Origin: Camelus ferus
Taxonomy: Eukaryota
Assembly (NCBI RefSeq): GCF_009834535.1
Contig: NC_045697.1
Coordinates: forward strand, 71,922,001 to 71,986,000
Length of the DNA stretch: 64,000 nt
Reading direction: 5' to 3'
Every line of letters begins with the position of its first letter. The stretch's first letter is position 1. The position numbers and the translations under genes are program-made. The notes under the pieces were generated by a model. That model saw only the letters and a program-made list of their open reading frames with translations. It made no database searches and was not told the origin of the DNA. This document shows positions 50,691 through 64,000 of this stretch, piece after piece.

Positions 50691-52150
50691 CAACAAAAAG
50701 CAATACAATGGAGAAAAGGCAGTCTTTTCAACAAATTGTTCTGGAAGAAGTGGATATGTAAAGAAAGAAAGACAGAAATCTCAATATAGATTTGACATCC
50801 TTCACAAAAAAATGAACTCAAAATGGATCATAGACCTAAATGTAAATGCAAAACTCTAAAACCCCAAGAAGATAACATAGGGAAAAAATCTAGAAAACTC
50901 TGAGTATGGCTATGACCTTTTAAATATGACACCAAAAGCACAATCCATGAAATAAATAATTGAGAGCCTAGACTTTATTAAAATTAGAAACTTCTGCTTT
51001 GCAAAAGGCAGTATCAATAGAATAAGAAGACAAGCCATAGACTGTGAGAAAATATTTACAAAACACATATCTGATGAAGGACTATTAAGTAAAATATTTA
51101 AAAAACCTTTTTAAACTAAACAATAAGAAAACAAACAACCTGAATAAAAAATGGGCCAAAGACCTGAACAGACACTTCACCAAAGAAGATATACACATGG
51201 CAAATAAGCATATGAAAAGGTGCTCCACGTCATGTGTCATCAGAGAAATGCAAATTAAAACAAGATAACACTACACATCTATTACAATGGCCAAATCCAG
51301 GAATACTACAATACCAAATATTGGTAAGGATATGGAGAAAAAGAACTCTCATTCATTGCTAGTGGGAATACAAAATGGTACAACCACTTTGGAAGACAGT
51401 TTGGCAGTTTCCTAAAAAACTGAAAATACACTTCCCATATGAACCACCAACTGAGCTCCTTGGTATTTATCCAAAGAAGTTGAAGACTGTGTCCACACCA
51501 AAACCTGTACACAGATGTTTATAGCACCTTTATTCCTAACTGCCAAAACCTGGAAGCAACCAAGATACCTTTCATTAGGTGAGTGGATAAATAAACTGGT
51601 ACATCCAGATAATGGAATATTGTCCCCACATCAAAAAAAAAAAAAAAAAGAGCAGTCAAGCCATGAAAAGATATGGATGAATCTTAAATGCATGTTACTA
51701 ACTGAAAGAAGACAATCTGAGAAGGCTACCTACTCTATGATTCCAACTATATGACATTCTGAAAAAGGCCAAACTACGGAGACAATAAAAAAAATCAGTG
51801 GTTGCCAGGGGTTGGAGGAATGGAGAGGGATGAGCAGGTGGAGCACAGAGAATTTTTAGGGCAGTGAACTTAGCCTATATGATACTACAGTGATAGAAAC
51901 ATGTCATTACACACTTGTCCAGACCCACGGAATGTACAACACCAAGAGTGAACTCTAAATTACGGACTTTGATTATGATGTGTCAATGTAGGTTCATCAG
52001 TTGCCACAAGTGTGCTGGCATGGTGGGGGATGTTGATACTGGGGATGGCTACTCATGTTGAGGGCCGGAGTACGTGGAAAATCTCCAAACTTTCCTCTCA
52101 GTTTTGCTATGAACCTAAAACTGCTCTTAAAATTTAAAAAAAAAAAAAAG
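50691..52150 (+). mobile_element. Older L1MC-type 3' portion
   Basis: ORF2 remnants (MFIAPLFLTAKTWKQPR) and 3' UTR gagcacagagaatttttagggcagtgaa...gaacctaaaactgctctt plus poly(A). Confidence 0.85.
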
Positions 52151-52578
52151 TTCCTTTAAAAAAAAGTTACTTGGAATCTGACTTCAGATCCTTTATCTGT
52201 AGAATGGAGAAAGTAACACTATCAACTTCAAAGGACTGTTGTGATGATAAAATGAGATGTTTATAAACTGCCGAGTGCCCCATGAATGCTTATTATTGTG
52301 TCACATGGATGATCTTATCTAACGAAGTGCAGATGAACGCAGCATTGTTATAAGGAAGAAAAACAAAAACTGCCTAAGAGACAAATGGGCAAGATAAAGA
52401 TTTCTCATATATGATCCTTAAACAAATTCAAAAGCATACTGATCAAGATTATTGGAGAAAAGGGGGAAAAAAATAAATTTACCAGAAAAGAGTTTTAGAA
52501 AAGCGAGAGGATACAGTGATTTGTTCAGAGAAAAAAGAAAAACTTTTAACAAGGATGCTTGAGCTTGGGCATATACTC

Positions 52579-52613
52579 TTTTTTTTAATTTTTTTTTTTT
52601 TGGTCCAACTATT

Positions 52614-52644
<31 letters not shown>

Positions 52645-52773
52645 TATTTTGGGGGAGGGATGGAGGTCATTAAGTTCATTTTATTTATTTATTTGATGGA
52701 GGTACTGGGGATTGAACGCAGGACCTTGTGCATGCCAAGCACACACTCTACCACTGAGCTATACCCTCCCCCC
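52579..52773 (-). mobile_element. tRNA-Ala-derived SINE (antisense)
   Basis: ggaggtactggggattgaac...ctaccactgagctataccctcccc with (ttta)n and poly-T tails. Confidence 0.9.
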
Positions 52774-53299
52774 ATAAACAGACTCTTGAAGAAAGATATT
52801 GAACATTCAACTACTGGAGTTCAAGGTATATTAAAGAGTCAGGAGATTAATTATCCAGAAGGTCAAATTCACTGTGAAAAGCATGCAATCTGAGATAATA
52901 AGTTTATATGAATCTGGTAAATGGCCGGGTATAAGAAGAAGGGAATCTTTAAGATGTAAAGTATTATCTTGCATATACAGCATTTCACAGTTTACAAAGC
53001 ACTTCCATATGTTGGTGCCTTCATTTTCTCTTGACCTTTGTAACATCCTCATGAGTAAAACAGAACAATTATTGGCACCCTAATTTTAGAGATGAGGAGA
53101 ATGACAACCCAAGAATATAAATGACTTGCTCAGTGTCATCACACAGGAGGTGCTGGGATTAGGCTCCTTAACAATTTACTGAACACCTATTTTACAGCAG
53201 GTGGGGACTGTGCTCAGAATCAAGGACAGAAATATAAACACAAGAATCTCCATGTTGTCGGCATTCGTCCAAAACAGAACATCCAAGATTCAAACTTCA

Positions 53300-53742
53300 A
53301 GTCTATGCTAACTGACTCCCATCTGCCCTTTCAGAATGACTCTCCAGCCTCTCGCCCTGCTCTCTGTCCTGAATGGGCCACCTCTACAGGCTTCTTGTCC
53401 TCTGGTTTCCACTTGAGATGGACCCTAGGGGGATTTCAGGGGAGAAAGGAGGGAGAAGGCAGAGTGTTTATTCCTCTGACACCCCTCTGAGTGATCACCT
53501 TAAGCTGTCAGTGACCTTCAAACGGAGAACACAGCTCTTCCCAAGAAACTAACTCTCTTCCCAGGTTCTAGTAACTGCTCCCTCCTCTCCATCTTTGGTC
53601 CAGGGTTGGTAACAACTTTGTCATTACTGCTCCCTCGTTCATGCACTACTTTTATACCCTACTCACACCTTATAAATAAATCTTCCTGAAATTATTCCAA
53701 TCTGAGTGATCTATCTGTTTCCTATTGGGATCATAACTGATA
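53300..53742 (+). mobile_element. LTR33-like ERVL 5' LTR
   Basis: Body gtgtttattcctctg...ggttggtaacaac; end aataaatcttcc...tctgtttcctattgggatcataactgata. Confidence 0.7.
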
Positions 53743-55053
53743 GGGGTCATTTGTGCTGGAAATGGTCATAGAGAACAGACTCCAAAAATGGAATTTAATT
53801 GGTTTTTCATGTATTCAAAGTATGGGGAAATGGACATTGGTTACCCACAGGTGGGCTGCATTTTTCAGTGAAGCGCAGAACATGAAAGGGCTCTACAAGA
53901 TCTAGGCTGTGTTGCAAGCTTTCCTGCCACTTGGTCCTTGTGACCCAGCAGTCCTAGTGGAACTGGGAGAGCTTGGCAGACAGAGATGCTCCCCTGGCAA
54001 GCCCTGATCGGAGAATCACAGTGCAGACCTCTAAGATGTTAGAGTAAAGCCATGCCTTCTTTAGTCATTAACTATTCTTTATCTCAAAAGCAGTTTCTTG
54101 CTTGTTTCTAGGTCCTTGTAGAGACTTACCTTGTGCCTCTGGGACATAAGTGACTGTGAGACCATGCCCAACATGAACTGGATGTTATCTGATCCAGCAA
54201 GCTATAAAACCAGCTGCTCACATCATTCCATCATTAGGTTGTACATACAAGAACAAGCCTGCACCAGTCTTAAAGACACAAACAAACTGCTATGGTAGTT
54301 GATTTAGACTCCCATAATCTAAACCTAATACTTCATCTCTTTTCCCTCAACAATAATAAGGCTTCATGGGGAGCTTCCCACAGCCAGCTGTGAACAGCAC
54401 CAGCCCACTATACAATCCTACTCACAGTGAACTTAAAGCATAATGATAAAGATAAATCATCCAAGTGGGCAGAACGTTTGAGTGTAGTGTTGAACTTCAC
54501 GTAGAAGTGATGGCCTGAGATATACATCTACACTAACTCATGAATGGGTGCTAAAAAAGTCAGCCAGATGGTCAGAGACTTCCAAAAAACAAAATTAGAA
54601 ATCGGTAGAAAAGAGATCTGGGAAAAAATACACAAATGGATCACATGTCAAAAGGCACAGAGTGTGAAGATAACTCTGTTCCATTAAGTTCCATAAGAAG
54701 CTATCACCAAGGATACCTCAATAACAAAGGAAGCAAGAAGACCCAACTATAAATGTCACTTGGTGTCTTTCATTAGCCATCCCAATGTTTGCTTAATGGC
54801 CCATATACAAAGAGGTCAGAGGAGTGGGGATGGAGACTATTCATGGATTCAGGATTCTCTTTTTCTACCAAGGGTGATCTGGCTTATCAACACTGAAGAA
54901 GCCCCAACCTGTCAAAAGCCAAGGTCAATCCTGAGCCCCCCAAAAGACATCATTGCCCAAAGGGTCAAGACGGTCCAGTTGGCCATATGTGGCAGCAGGA
55001 TGATTACACTGGATCCTTCCCAACATAAGGCGGTATCTTTGTCCTTCCTCTAG
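53743..55053 (+). mobile_element. ERVL internal remnant (pol connection/RNase H to integrase zinc finger)
   Basis: Decayed matches to ERVL pol (LPLGPxDPA, GESQxRPL, SKAMPS). ORF 54760-55053 AHIQRGQRSGDGDYSW...PTCQKPR resembles the ERVL integrase HHCC region. Confidence 0.75.
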
Positions 55054-58000
55054 CCCTGAAAAGTCAGTCTCACCTAACTACAACCAAAATCAAGCTTCAT
55101 AGGAGAAAGGAGAAATTAAACTTATTTTTAATGATATAACCAAATATAATTCAAATGCATTTAGTCTCTAGACATTTGGTTTCAGGAAAACTTTGTAACT
55201 ATTTTCAAAACTCTCTTTGCCAATGAAAAGAACCATTAGCAAGAAAATAAGTTTCCAGAAACCTTGAAAATTCTTTCCTTTCCTTCTGTCTCTTCTGTGA
55301 AATGTGAGTGAAGTTGTTTAAATCTTCAGGAGTTGAAACTGTCTTGCATTTTTAGTTTGGGACCATATCATTTGACTGTCTTAAAAAAATAATTTAGGAG
55401 AAATCCGAGGGGTTTTCAAGAAAGTATGCGACCATTTTGCCAATGGAATTTGAAGTATATCCTAATTAAGTATTTACAGTTATCCTAATGGACTACTTAT
55501 GCCACTCTGAAAGGATGCCTACTGTTACTACAGATGAGGAAGGCATTAATGCTCTGATACATTCGGGAAGCAGGGTATCATTTCTCATAAAAAGCTTGCA
55601 TAATGTACTCCCCAGCCCAGGCAACTCTCATTGTTACTGAGAAGTCTCTCAAAGAGAGTCAGAAGGCACCAGGAAATTGGTTAAGTTTTAATGTAAGTTG
55701 GAGAAATTTGTTGCCGGGCTTCTGCAATATCATGTTCCCCAAAATCAGAAATATCTACCCTGCTCAGCATCATCTTCCAGAATAATTCAGATGAGGAAAC
55801 AGGGGTAGGACGAGGTGCAGTAGAGGAACCCACCCCATGCAGCAGCTGCCTGTGGGGTAATTACCATTTGACATGAATTACGTGAAAGAACTGAAATATA
55901 GAAGAGCCCAGCCAAGGTATTACAAGCGACTGACTGACTGGCCCTGCAAAAGATGAGGGTATGCTCTCTGATCCTCAGAGATCTAGGAACGCAACCCTCT
56001 TTAAGGCAAGAAACTCGGGAAAAATGCTAAGAAGCAAGGGATGACTGATGACAGGAGCAACTGCAGCCACCGTGACAGAAGAGGCAGTTAGGACCACTGT
56101 GGGGATGTGAAGAAATGAGCAACCTCCCAGCACAGAAGAAAGTGAGTGACAGCGGGTTAGAGAGCGAAGCGGGTTCTCCGAAGAGGCAACCAACCCTGGT
56201 CTACACTCCAGTGGTTCAGAAAAACAGAGGTCATCTCTGCTTTGCATGTGGAGAGTGAGGGGTGAGAACCATACAGGGGTAAGGGTTCCAGGACTTCACT
56301 CCCTCTTAACAATGTCACTGTGACACTGTGAAGATCTGCTCACCAGTTTAAGAAAAGAAATTTGATTGTGGCGAATTGAGCATGGCAGACACAGGATATA
56401 CTCAGTGAGCCCAGACAAAAACAAGACAAGTCATTTCATCTTCACAACAATCCTATGTGGCTATTAGCTCCCATTTAACAGATGAGGAAACTGAGGTATA
56501 AAGGCATTAAGTAACTTGCCCAAAGTCATTCCTGTAGAAAGAAGCAGAGACGGGATTTAAACAAACTACACCCGGGATCCCTGGGAAACATGGGGTTTTA
56601 TTTTCTCTTACTCACTCCTGTTCATCCAGTATCTAGCACTGCAGGGACTCTGAACATTCGTTGTCTGAATAAATGAAAGTGCAGATATAGTAAAAGTACT
56701 TTTTCTTTCCTGACAGGTTCACAAATCATTGTCACAGGAAGCATCTATTTCAGTCTTTCCAGAGAGCAAACATAAGGGCATTTACACAACGTGGGAAGTA
56801 TGTGCATAGAAAAATGGTCATTAATCAATTCCAAGTTGGATCATCTACATAAAAAAAAAAAACCCTCTGAAAGTGCGGAAGCATTTTTGTTGTTCTTTCT
56901 TTGTTTTCTCACCAATTCTTTAAGGTCATGGAGCCAGATCAAAAGTTCCTGGAAGACAGGTTTTTTTTTTGTTTGTTTGTTTGTTTTTCATTTCAACCCA
57001 GAGCTTAAAATTAGTAGGTGTTCAGTAAACACTTCTTTTAAATAAATCACGCGGAGAGGGGACTTGTTTTGCTGAGCTGAAGGGAGGAGTGGAATGCCAA
57101 GGTCACATTCTAGTCAGCAGCTGTCAGTGCCTCCACCTCCATCCCAGTGACCACCAAGGGGCAGAAGAGTTTTATCAGCAGACATCTCGCATCTAACCTG
57201 ATGAGACTTCCACGTTTTTCAGAAGACTGTTGGAGGAAGAGGCCATAAAAATAAGAATAGTAGCAACTAACACTGCTGAGTGCTTCCCACTTGCAAGGGA
57301 CTCTCCTAAGCCTCTAACATCCAATCACAGATGAAGCAATGTGGGCAGTAGAGGGAAGAGCTTGACCGAAGCCACACAGCTAGAGACGGAAAAGCCACTG
57401 ACCCCAGATGGCTGGGCTCCTAAGCCCAAGCAAGGAAAGGCAGAGAAGGCTGCTTAAGAGACTTGAGTTTTTTCAGATAAGAAATTCAGAGTTCAGCAGT
57501 GTATTGCTATAATACTGGGTTATTTCATTCCTGTTTCCAGTCTCCATCCTTGAAGGTGCCACTGATTCTAGTTCCTGTGGTTTTGAGGAGCAAACACTAA
57601 GCTGATGTTCTGGGGTTTGCTAACACTTCAGACACACTTAAAATAATACCTCCAATCCTTGAGGGGAAAAAACACCATCCTAGGCTTTCAAATCTACTCC
57701 ATATAATCTGTTGTTTACAGACCACAATATGGGTAGAAAAGATACAGTTGTTTTTGACTGTCCCTTCCTGAGTTTGTTACATTTAGTAAAATTTAATTTT
57801 AGAATGAGAGGCTTATTTGAGATTATTGATACTTATTTAAAGGTTAGAGCATAGTAACACTTATTTTAAGGAAAGAATTTTCTGCAATGTCATTTCATAC
57901 AGGCATCCACTATGCCCAAGCTACTCCGACCTTCTTTCAATCCCTAAACCCTACCAGACTCTTTCCCACCCTAAAGACTTTGTGCTGCTGTTTCCACGGC

Positions 58001-59368
58001 CACGACGTTCTCCTCCTTGATCTTTGCTTAGATAGCAGCTTCCTACAGTTCAGATTGCAGCTTAAATACACCCCAATCACTCAAACTAAAGTAACTACCC
58101 AGACATGCTCACATCCTTACTTTCTAGTTCCCTGCACAGCATCTGTAACCCTAAAATGCTGCACTACACGTCCACTGGGACAAAGAGAGCCCAAGATCAG
58201 AAACATTTTCTAATTTGCCACAATATCTCCCGTGTGTAGAACAAAGACAGGATTGAGCAGGTGATCACAGGATACATGACAATTGAATGAACAACAGAAC
58301 AAGAAACTGAATACCATCCTCCCACCCTTTAATATGGCTTCACTAATTTGACCTACAGACCAAGATGTCATTCAGAACATGAACTCTTACCACAAAAGAA
58401 GACTCAACTTAAGATTGCCTTTATTGCTTTAATATATAACTTGCATGACTGAAATTTTGATCAAAGTCATGAAAACCATCAAGAATCCAGAGAAATTTTC
58501 TGCAAAAGTCATGCTTTCCCAGTAAAGAGTTTTTGCAATTTTACTTTCCAAATGTAAAACAATCTCTAGATTTAAGTATTTGTTTTGCAGCCTAGAAAAT
58601 TGTTGACGATCCCCCACTTCAGTTTTTCTGATATGTATTTTATAACATAGTAATAAAAGTAGATGAACTAAAAAGCATCAGACCAGAGACCTCAACCTTC
58701 AGGTTTACTGAACTTTCAGAGGTAATCTTTAATGGTGTTTTCTTAGCTTTTGAATTTTTTTCTTTAATCTGCCTTCACTAGATTGCTATAAAGGTTTAAT
58801 AAAGCCATGCTCATTAAGCAATCTGGTATTCCTAAGTAGAAGATTCAACCAAGTTTGCTCTTTTTTTTTTTTTCACTTTTAATGTTCTGATACCTGATGA
58901 CAGAAATAAAAAGCAAAGCAGAAAACCACTTTTAAAAAATTGGGCTCTCTCCTTGTGACTGCTAAGAACTCAAAACTTACAATAGATCTGAATAAACTGG
59001 ACCGCTGATCAACACGGTGAACAAAGTTAAAGACAGGAGACAGTCACCACTTAATTAACATAAATGAAGAGTCATTAACTTAATGGCACTGAGAGCCTCA
59101 GAAAGGAACTGAAATCCCCCATCTAGAAAGCAAGCATACAGTAAAATCGTATTTCACCACCCAATCAATGATCTGACTGGAACCTGAGAGTTCATTTATT
59201 AAGAGTGAACACTTAATTTGGTCTTTAAACACCTTCAATTATTTTTTCTGCACTAAGATTATCAGTGAAGTATTGACGGTTATAAAAATGTTATGTGTGA
59301 CCAAGACATTTGTCTCAGTCACAAAATTGAATAGAGGGAATACGTAGGCAGATAAATACCTATAGGGG

Positions 59369-59393
59369 CGTGTGTGTGTGTGTGTGTGTGTGT
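59369..59393. repeat. (TG)n microsatellite
   Basis: cgtgtgtgtgtgtgtgtgtgtgtgt. Confidence 0.9.
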
Positions 59394-62300
59394 ACCAATT
59401 TGCTAATGCTCTACCACACAGTGTAGTGGCATCAAATTCAAAAAACATTTTGGCAAGACCACACTTCACCTGCATGATACTTCAGCTTTGTGTTCTTTCT
59501 AATTTAGGATCCTTATTTTGAAATACATAGAATAAACATAACATGGAAAATAGAATACAGAATAAACTTTACCTCCCCAAGTACTTCTTCCTGGGACATG
59601 AATTTTGTTTATTACAATCAAACACCTCATGCTTTGGCAAGGTTTCCATCATGCGATCCACTGGGTAAAAATTACTCACCAGGTCTTGATCCAGTATTCC
59701 CAAACCGCAAGTCGGAGCATGTAAAGAACATAGCACCACGTAAACATTTTCAAATGAGAAAATAGCAGAGATTAAAAAGTAAAAGTAAAAGAAAGAGGCC
59801 TATCTTGGCAAGTCCAGTGTCTATGACATGGACATCTTTTACAACTCAACCTTAAAAAGCTTGAAAAGGCTGATGTTAAAGACACAGCAGCGATAGAATA
59901 TATATTTACATTTTTCCATTGCTTATGCTGGTTGGCTTCTGGGCTTTCTACACAATAGAATCCAGCAACTCTTTCTGATGCCCAGAATTAACTTACTTGA
60001 ACCTCTTCATTTTTTCCTTATTTTTCAAAAGAAAAATATATTGGCATTCATTCTCAATTTTTTATCAATCAGCATGCATGACAGAACAACCCAGCAATTC
60101 TTCATTATACTAATGGGGGGAAAATTAACTGAACATCAAGCTTAATTGAGTAAAACCTCACTAATTCTTCTAAATAGGGACAAGTCCTGCTTGATTAGTG
60201 AAAGCAATTTAGTATAGAACATGTTTTGATAAATACGCCTTTATTGCTTTCCAGAACTCATGCTAATAAACAGCTCCTACAGCAAGCACAGGGTATGATA
60301 GAGGTCCTTCAGAAAACCTGCCACACTGCATGGTAACAGTTATGTAGCATCTTAATTACATAATAACAACCCGATGTTTCTTCAGATAACTTAAAATCTT
60401 TAGGTGCATCTTGCTGACAAATTATTTCAAAAGTAATTTTCATAGATGATGCCAAAGTAGTCTACAGTCTAGCCTGTGAGTAAAATACTAACAAATCACA
60501 GGCTCTCCGCGGTGACAGATTAGAGTCAAAATTAATGATGTTTCACTCTGCAGGTAATCCTCAATTCACTACGAGCTGCACCCCAAAAGTTCATTTTGTA
60601 AGTTCATTGTTGGAAATCAGAACTGACTAGAGCCATGCTCTCATTAGTATCATGTCTATGGACAGAACATGGGGTTGGGACTCCAGACCCTGGAGGGGAT
60701 CTCATTGGTAGCCCTGCCATTTATTATCTGTGTGACCTTGTGTAAGTTATTTAACTTAACTGAGTTAATTACATCTGTAAATAGATTTACTACCTATGTC
60801 ACAAGACTGTTGTTGGAATTAAACATCATAACCGTAAGGCACCTACCACAGTGCTCTCCACTCTCACCCCTGGGCCTTCATTTGCTTCTATCAAGCATCT
60901 TTCTACATCAGAGGGGATAACGGGGAGGCTGCAGAGGCACTTCAGTGGCTTCATGAACCCCTTTAAATTGCATGTAAGAATTGGTGGGTCTGTATACTCT
61001 TCTGTTGCCAAAGTTCACACGCTTCATCAAACAGCTTCTTAAGGGGAACGATTACAAGGTGACAATGTCCTACAGGGGCACTCCCTAAATTTTTAAGAAT
61101 CAGAAATGGCCAAATGCTTAAAAATAATAATTTGAAGTAGTCTCTGCATCCAGGTTACCATTTCATCCAGTCTTATTACTTAGCAACCTCCCACCCATCC
61201 TTCAGATTGAAGGTACAAGCAGCACCTGCTCAGAAAGCATCTGTGACCACCTCACCTGCATCACCTCTCACCCCAACATGGGCCACGTCTGTCTCAGCAC
61301 AGCAACCTGTGTGCTCACCACACAGCACAATAACTATTTTCACATGGATGTACGTGCCTTTAAGGAATTCCAAGTACATGGATGCTTGGTAGGAGGAGGA
61401 CTTTTTTCTTACAAAAGTGTATTTATATTTTGATTTCATTAAAAGTAGTCATTTTAATTGTTGAGAAACATGCACATTAGGAAGTAACTGGGCTTTGTTA
61501 AAAGAACTTAGAATTTGACAGATGTAAGTTCAAATAAATCCGAAATGCTCTGAAATTCAGCTCAGAAATGGAGAAAATCACACCTACTGATCAAGGCTGC
61601 ACCTGAGTAATATTTGTCAGACATCGAGTACACCCCCTGCACATGATCCAGACCACCAGCCGCACACCCCTAACCACCACCATCGCTGCCAGTGCTGCTC
61701 ATTACTCAGGAGTGACAGGTAATGGAAATCTAACATGCTTGCTCTCCGCCTGACGCAGGACGCTCTGCCTGACACTGACCATGGCTCAGAGAAAAGAAAA
61801 CCTATGCAGGGACAGCTTTCTGGAAGTGGAGTGCAAAGTGCTATTTCTGGAACCCTGTACACAGGAGCAGACTACCTTCATATGTGACCGCCTGGTCCCC
61901 AGAACACTCCAAAGGTAGCAGGCATGCCATTCTCCAGGTCTGCAGCAGTGGGGTTCTACCCAGGTGGATTCTGTCTCCACCGCCCACCTATACAGAGTAT
62001 GGCTTGAATTTGTGAGTCCGAGTTGAAAAGGTCAACACTTCCATCCCTGAAAGGGAGGACATAGGCCCAGGGCTGAGAACTCTGCCTTTCTGCCCAGCAA
62101 TCTGCTATCAGCTTGCGTCACCTTTTAGGTGAGAGGAACGGAGAGGAAAGAGAACCTCTTCCAGGCCTTATCTCCCGGCCCCTCCCCCACACTCCTTCAC
62201 TGCCGCCTCCTCCTGCCTGAGGTGGAGGCTGTCCGACACCCACGCCCTCCCCTCCACCCACAAGCACTTTCTCCACCTTGTCTTCCTTTTGGGGATCAGC

Positions 62301-63299
62301 GGCTCCACCAGAGTTCTAATTCCCTTTTAGTTTCTTGTCTGGGAATTTGCTCCATCCGACTGCTGACCTGACTTCCACTCTCTCCTGCATCCTCAGCCTC
62401 TCTCTGTCCACTCAGCCTTTCTCTCTGTCCGAAACCTCCCTTCGATTAACAAAATCCTGAATCCTGATACTCTACTGAACTGCTGTTCTTCCTCATTTTT
62501 TCCCCTTCAACGGCAAACTCCTTAAAATAACTCACTTTTCTAGTCTTCTTCTGTATCTGTTTATTAAATCTGGCCTTTCCTCTCCTTATAGCCCATTGCA
62601 GCACAGTAATCCCTCCAAAAGTAGCTGTATCTAACTTCAGAGCATTGAAAACTTACATATTCTTTACTCGAGCCTATTTGAAAACACCAAGGAAGGAGTT
62701 ATTCAGCACACACACAGCATCATTTCAAATGCCCTCCAGACCTCTCTTCCTGGCCATTATTTCAGCTGTCAGAGCAGAACCTCCAATCTCCTCTTCCTTG
62801 AAAGTTCTTTCAAATTTTTCTTCCCCCTCCCTATATATGAGTTCTCTGTCTTCAGATAAACTTGTTATTCTGGAAGCTGACCGATCATTCTCATTCATTA
62901 CTCCATGCTGGGCAATGCTTTTGAACAAAGACATATTATCAAGAAGAGTCCACTAAATAAAGACTCGAGGTTTTCTCTATTTACAGCTGGAAGCATAGCA
63001 CCCCTCCACCCCACCCCGGTCCCCGGCCATTTTCTTCTGCGTTCCTCTGTGATGCCCCTGAGGACAGAGCTGCCTGTCGCACAGGACTTGGTGCACCAGC
63101 GTCTCTTCTAACCACCCCTGACACTGAGAGATTTGATCTGCAGGGAAAGCAAATCAACCCCAGAATTCGATTCAACTGCCTTCACAGCCTTTATTCAAAC
63201 TTGCCATTTGGTTTTGTTCTCTGCAAACTTCCATGAAATCCCTGCTCTCCTCAGTTAATCTGGAAACCTTCATTAATATAAATCTTGGCTATAAATTGC

Positions 63300-63509
63300 T
63301 TGAAGTATAGTCAGTTTACAATGTTGTGGCAATTTCTGGTGCACAGCATAATGCTTCAGTCATACATAAACATACATATATTCCTTTTCATATTCTTTTT
63401 CATTATAGGTTACTACAAGATATTGAATATAGTTGCAGCAACATGGATGGACCTGGAAATCATCATTCTAAGTGAAGTAAGCCAGAAAGAGAAAGAGAAA
63501 GAAAAATAT
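63300..63509. mobile_element. Short inverted L1 insertion inside an ERV1-like LTR
   Basis: Antisense 3' UTR 63300-63434 then sense ORF2 end. The LTR tail aataaagtcttccttgcc...ttctttaataca follows. Confidence 0.75.
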
Positions 63510-63579
63510 TTCCATAGTCTCGAATAAAGTCTTCCTTGCCATTTCAACAAGTGTCAGAATAAGTTTTTCTTTAATACAA

Positions 63580-64000
63580 ATCAACAGGAAAAAAGACAAA
63601 CAACTCAACTAAAAATGTGTGAAAAAGATGAACAGGAAACACAAAGGCAAACTTATGGCCAATAAGCATATAAAGAGATGCTCAACTTCACTAGTAACCG
63701 GAAATATACAGAGGCAAATCACAGAAAGAGACCATTTCAAACTCATTAAATTAGCAATAGATTGTTTTTAAGTCTAAAATTTCCAAAACTTGCCAAAGAT
63801 GTGGAGAAAATGTGACTTCTCTTCAGCTTCTGATGAGAGTGTAAATAAGTATAAGAGTTTGGAGACCAATGTGCTGTTGTTATTCAGTAAAATTACGTAT
63901 GTGCATATCCTATGACCCATTTCTTACAAGTCTAGCTATGTACTCTGACCTTTCTCACAGAGTTTCTGTGAGACAGTTTAGCCCTAATGCCTTAAGGCAT
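63580..64000 (+). mobile_element. Old L1M ORF2 3' fragment
   Basis: atggccaataagcatataaagagatgctcaacttcactagta...gatgtggagaaa...cctatgaccc. Confidence 0.75.

Overview
Mammalian genomic DNA, most likely camelid (inferred from tRNA-Ala-derived SINEs resembling the camelid Vic-1 family and from cetartiodactyl-type L1 3' UTRs). The only recognisable protein-coding gene is SLC39A8 (ZIP8 Zn/Mn/Fe/Cd transporter) on the minus strand. Its last three coding exons (46011-45804, 45601-45417, 42335-42186) splice in frame and encode the C-terminal 180 aa. Bases 46012-64000 are intron, about 40.9-42.2 kb is 3' UTR, and 1-40.8 kb is downstream intergenic DNA rich in L1, L2, MIR, MaLR/ERVL LTRs and hAT elements. 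Nearly all other ORFs in the track are repeat-derived or chance. I found no convincing novel multi-gene system. The best leads are: a SINE plus L1-tail chimera inside one target-site duplication; a full-length-ended L1 with an internal deletion and inversion; a Ser at the position I recall as human ZIP8 Cys310; an orphan CpG-rich promoter-like island; two RFX X-box modules with a candidate orphan minus-strand exon; and convergent CTCF-like motifs. Repeat subfamily names come from recalled consensus sequences and need RepeatMasker/Dfam confirmation.
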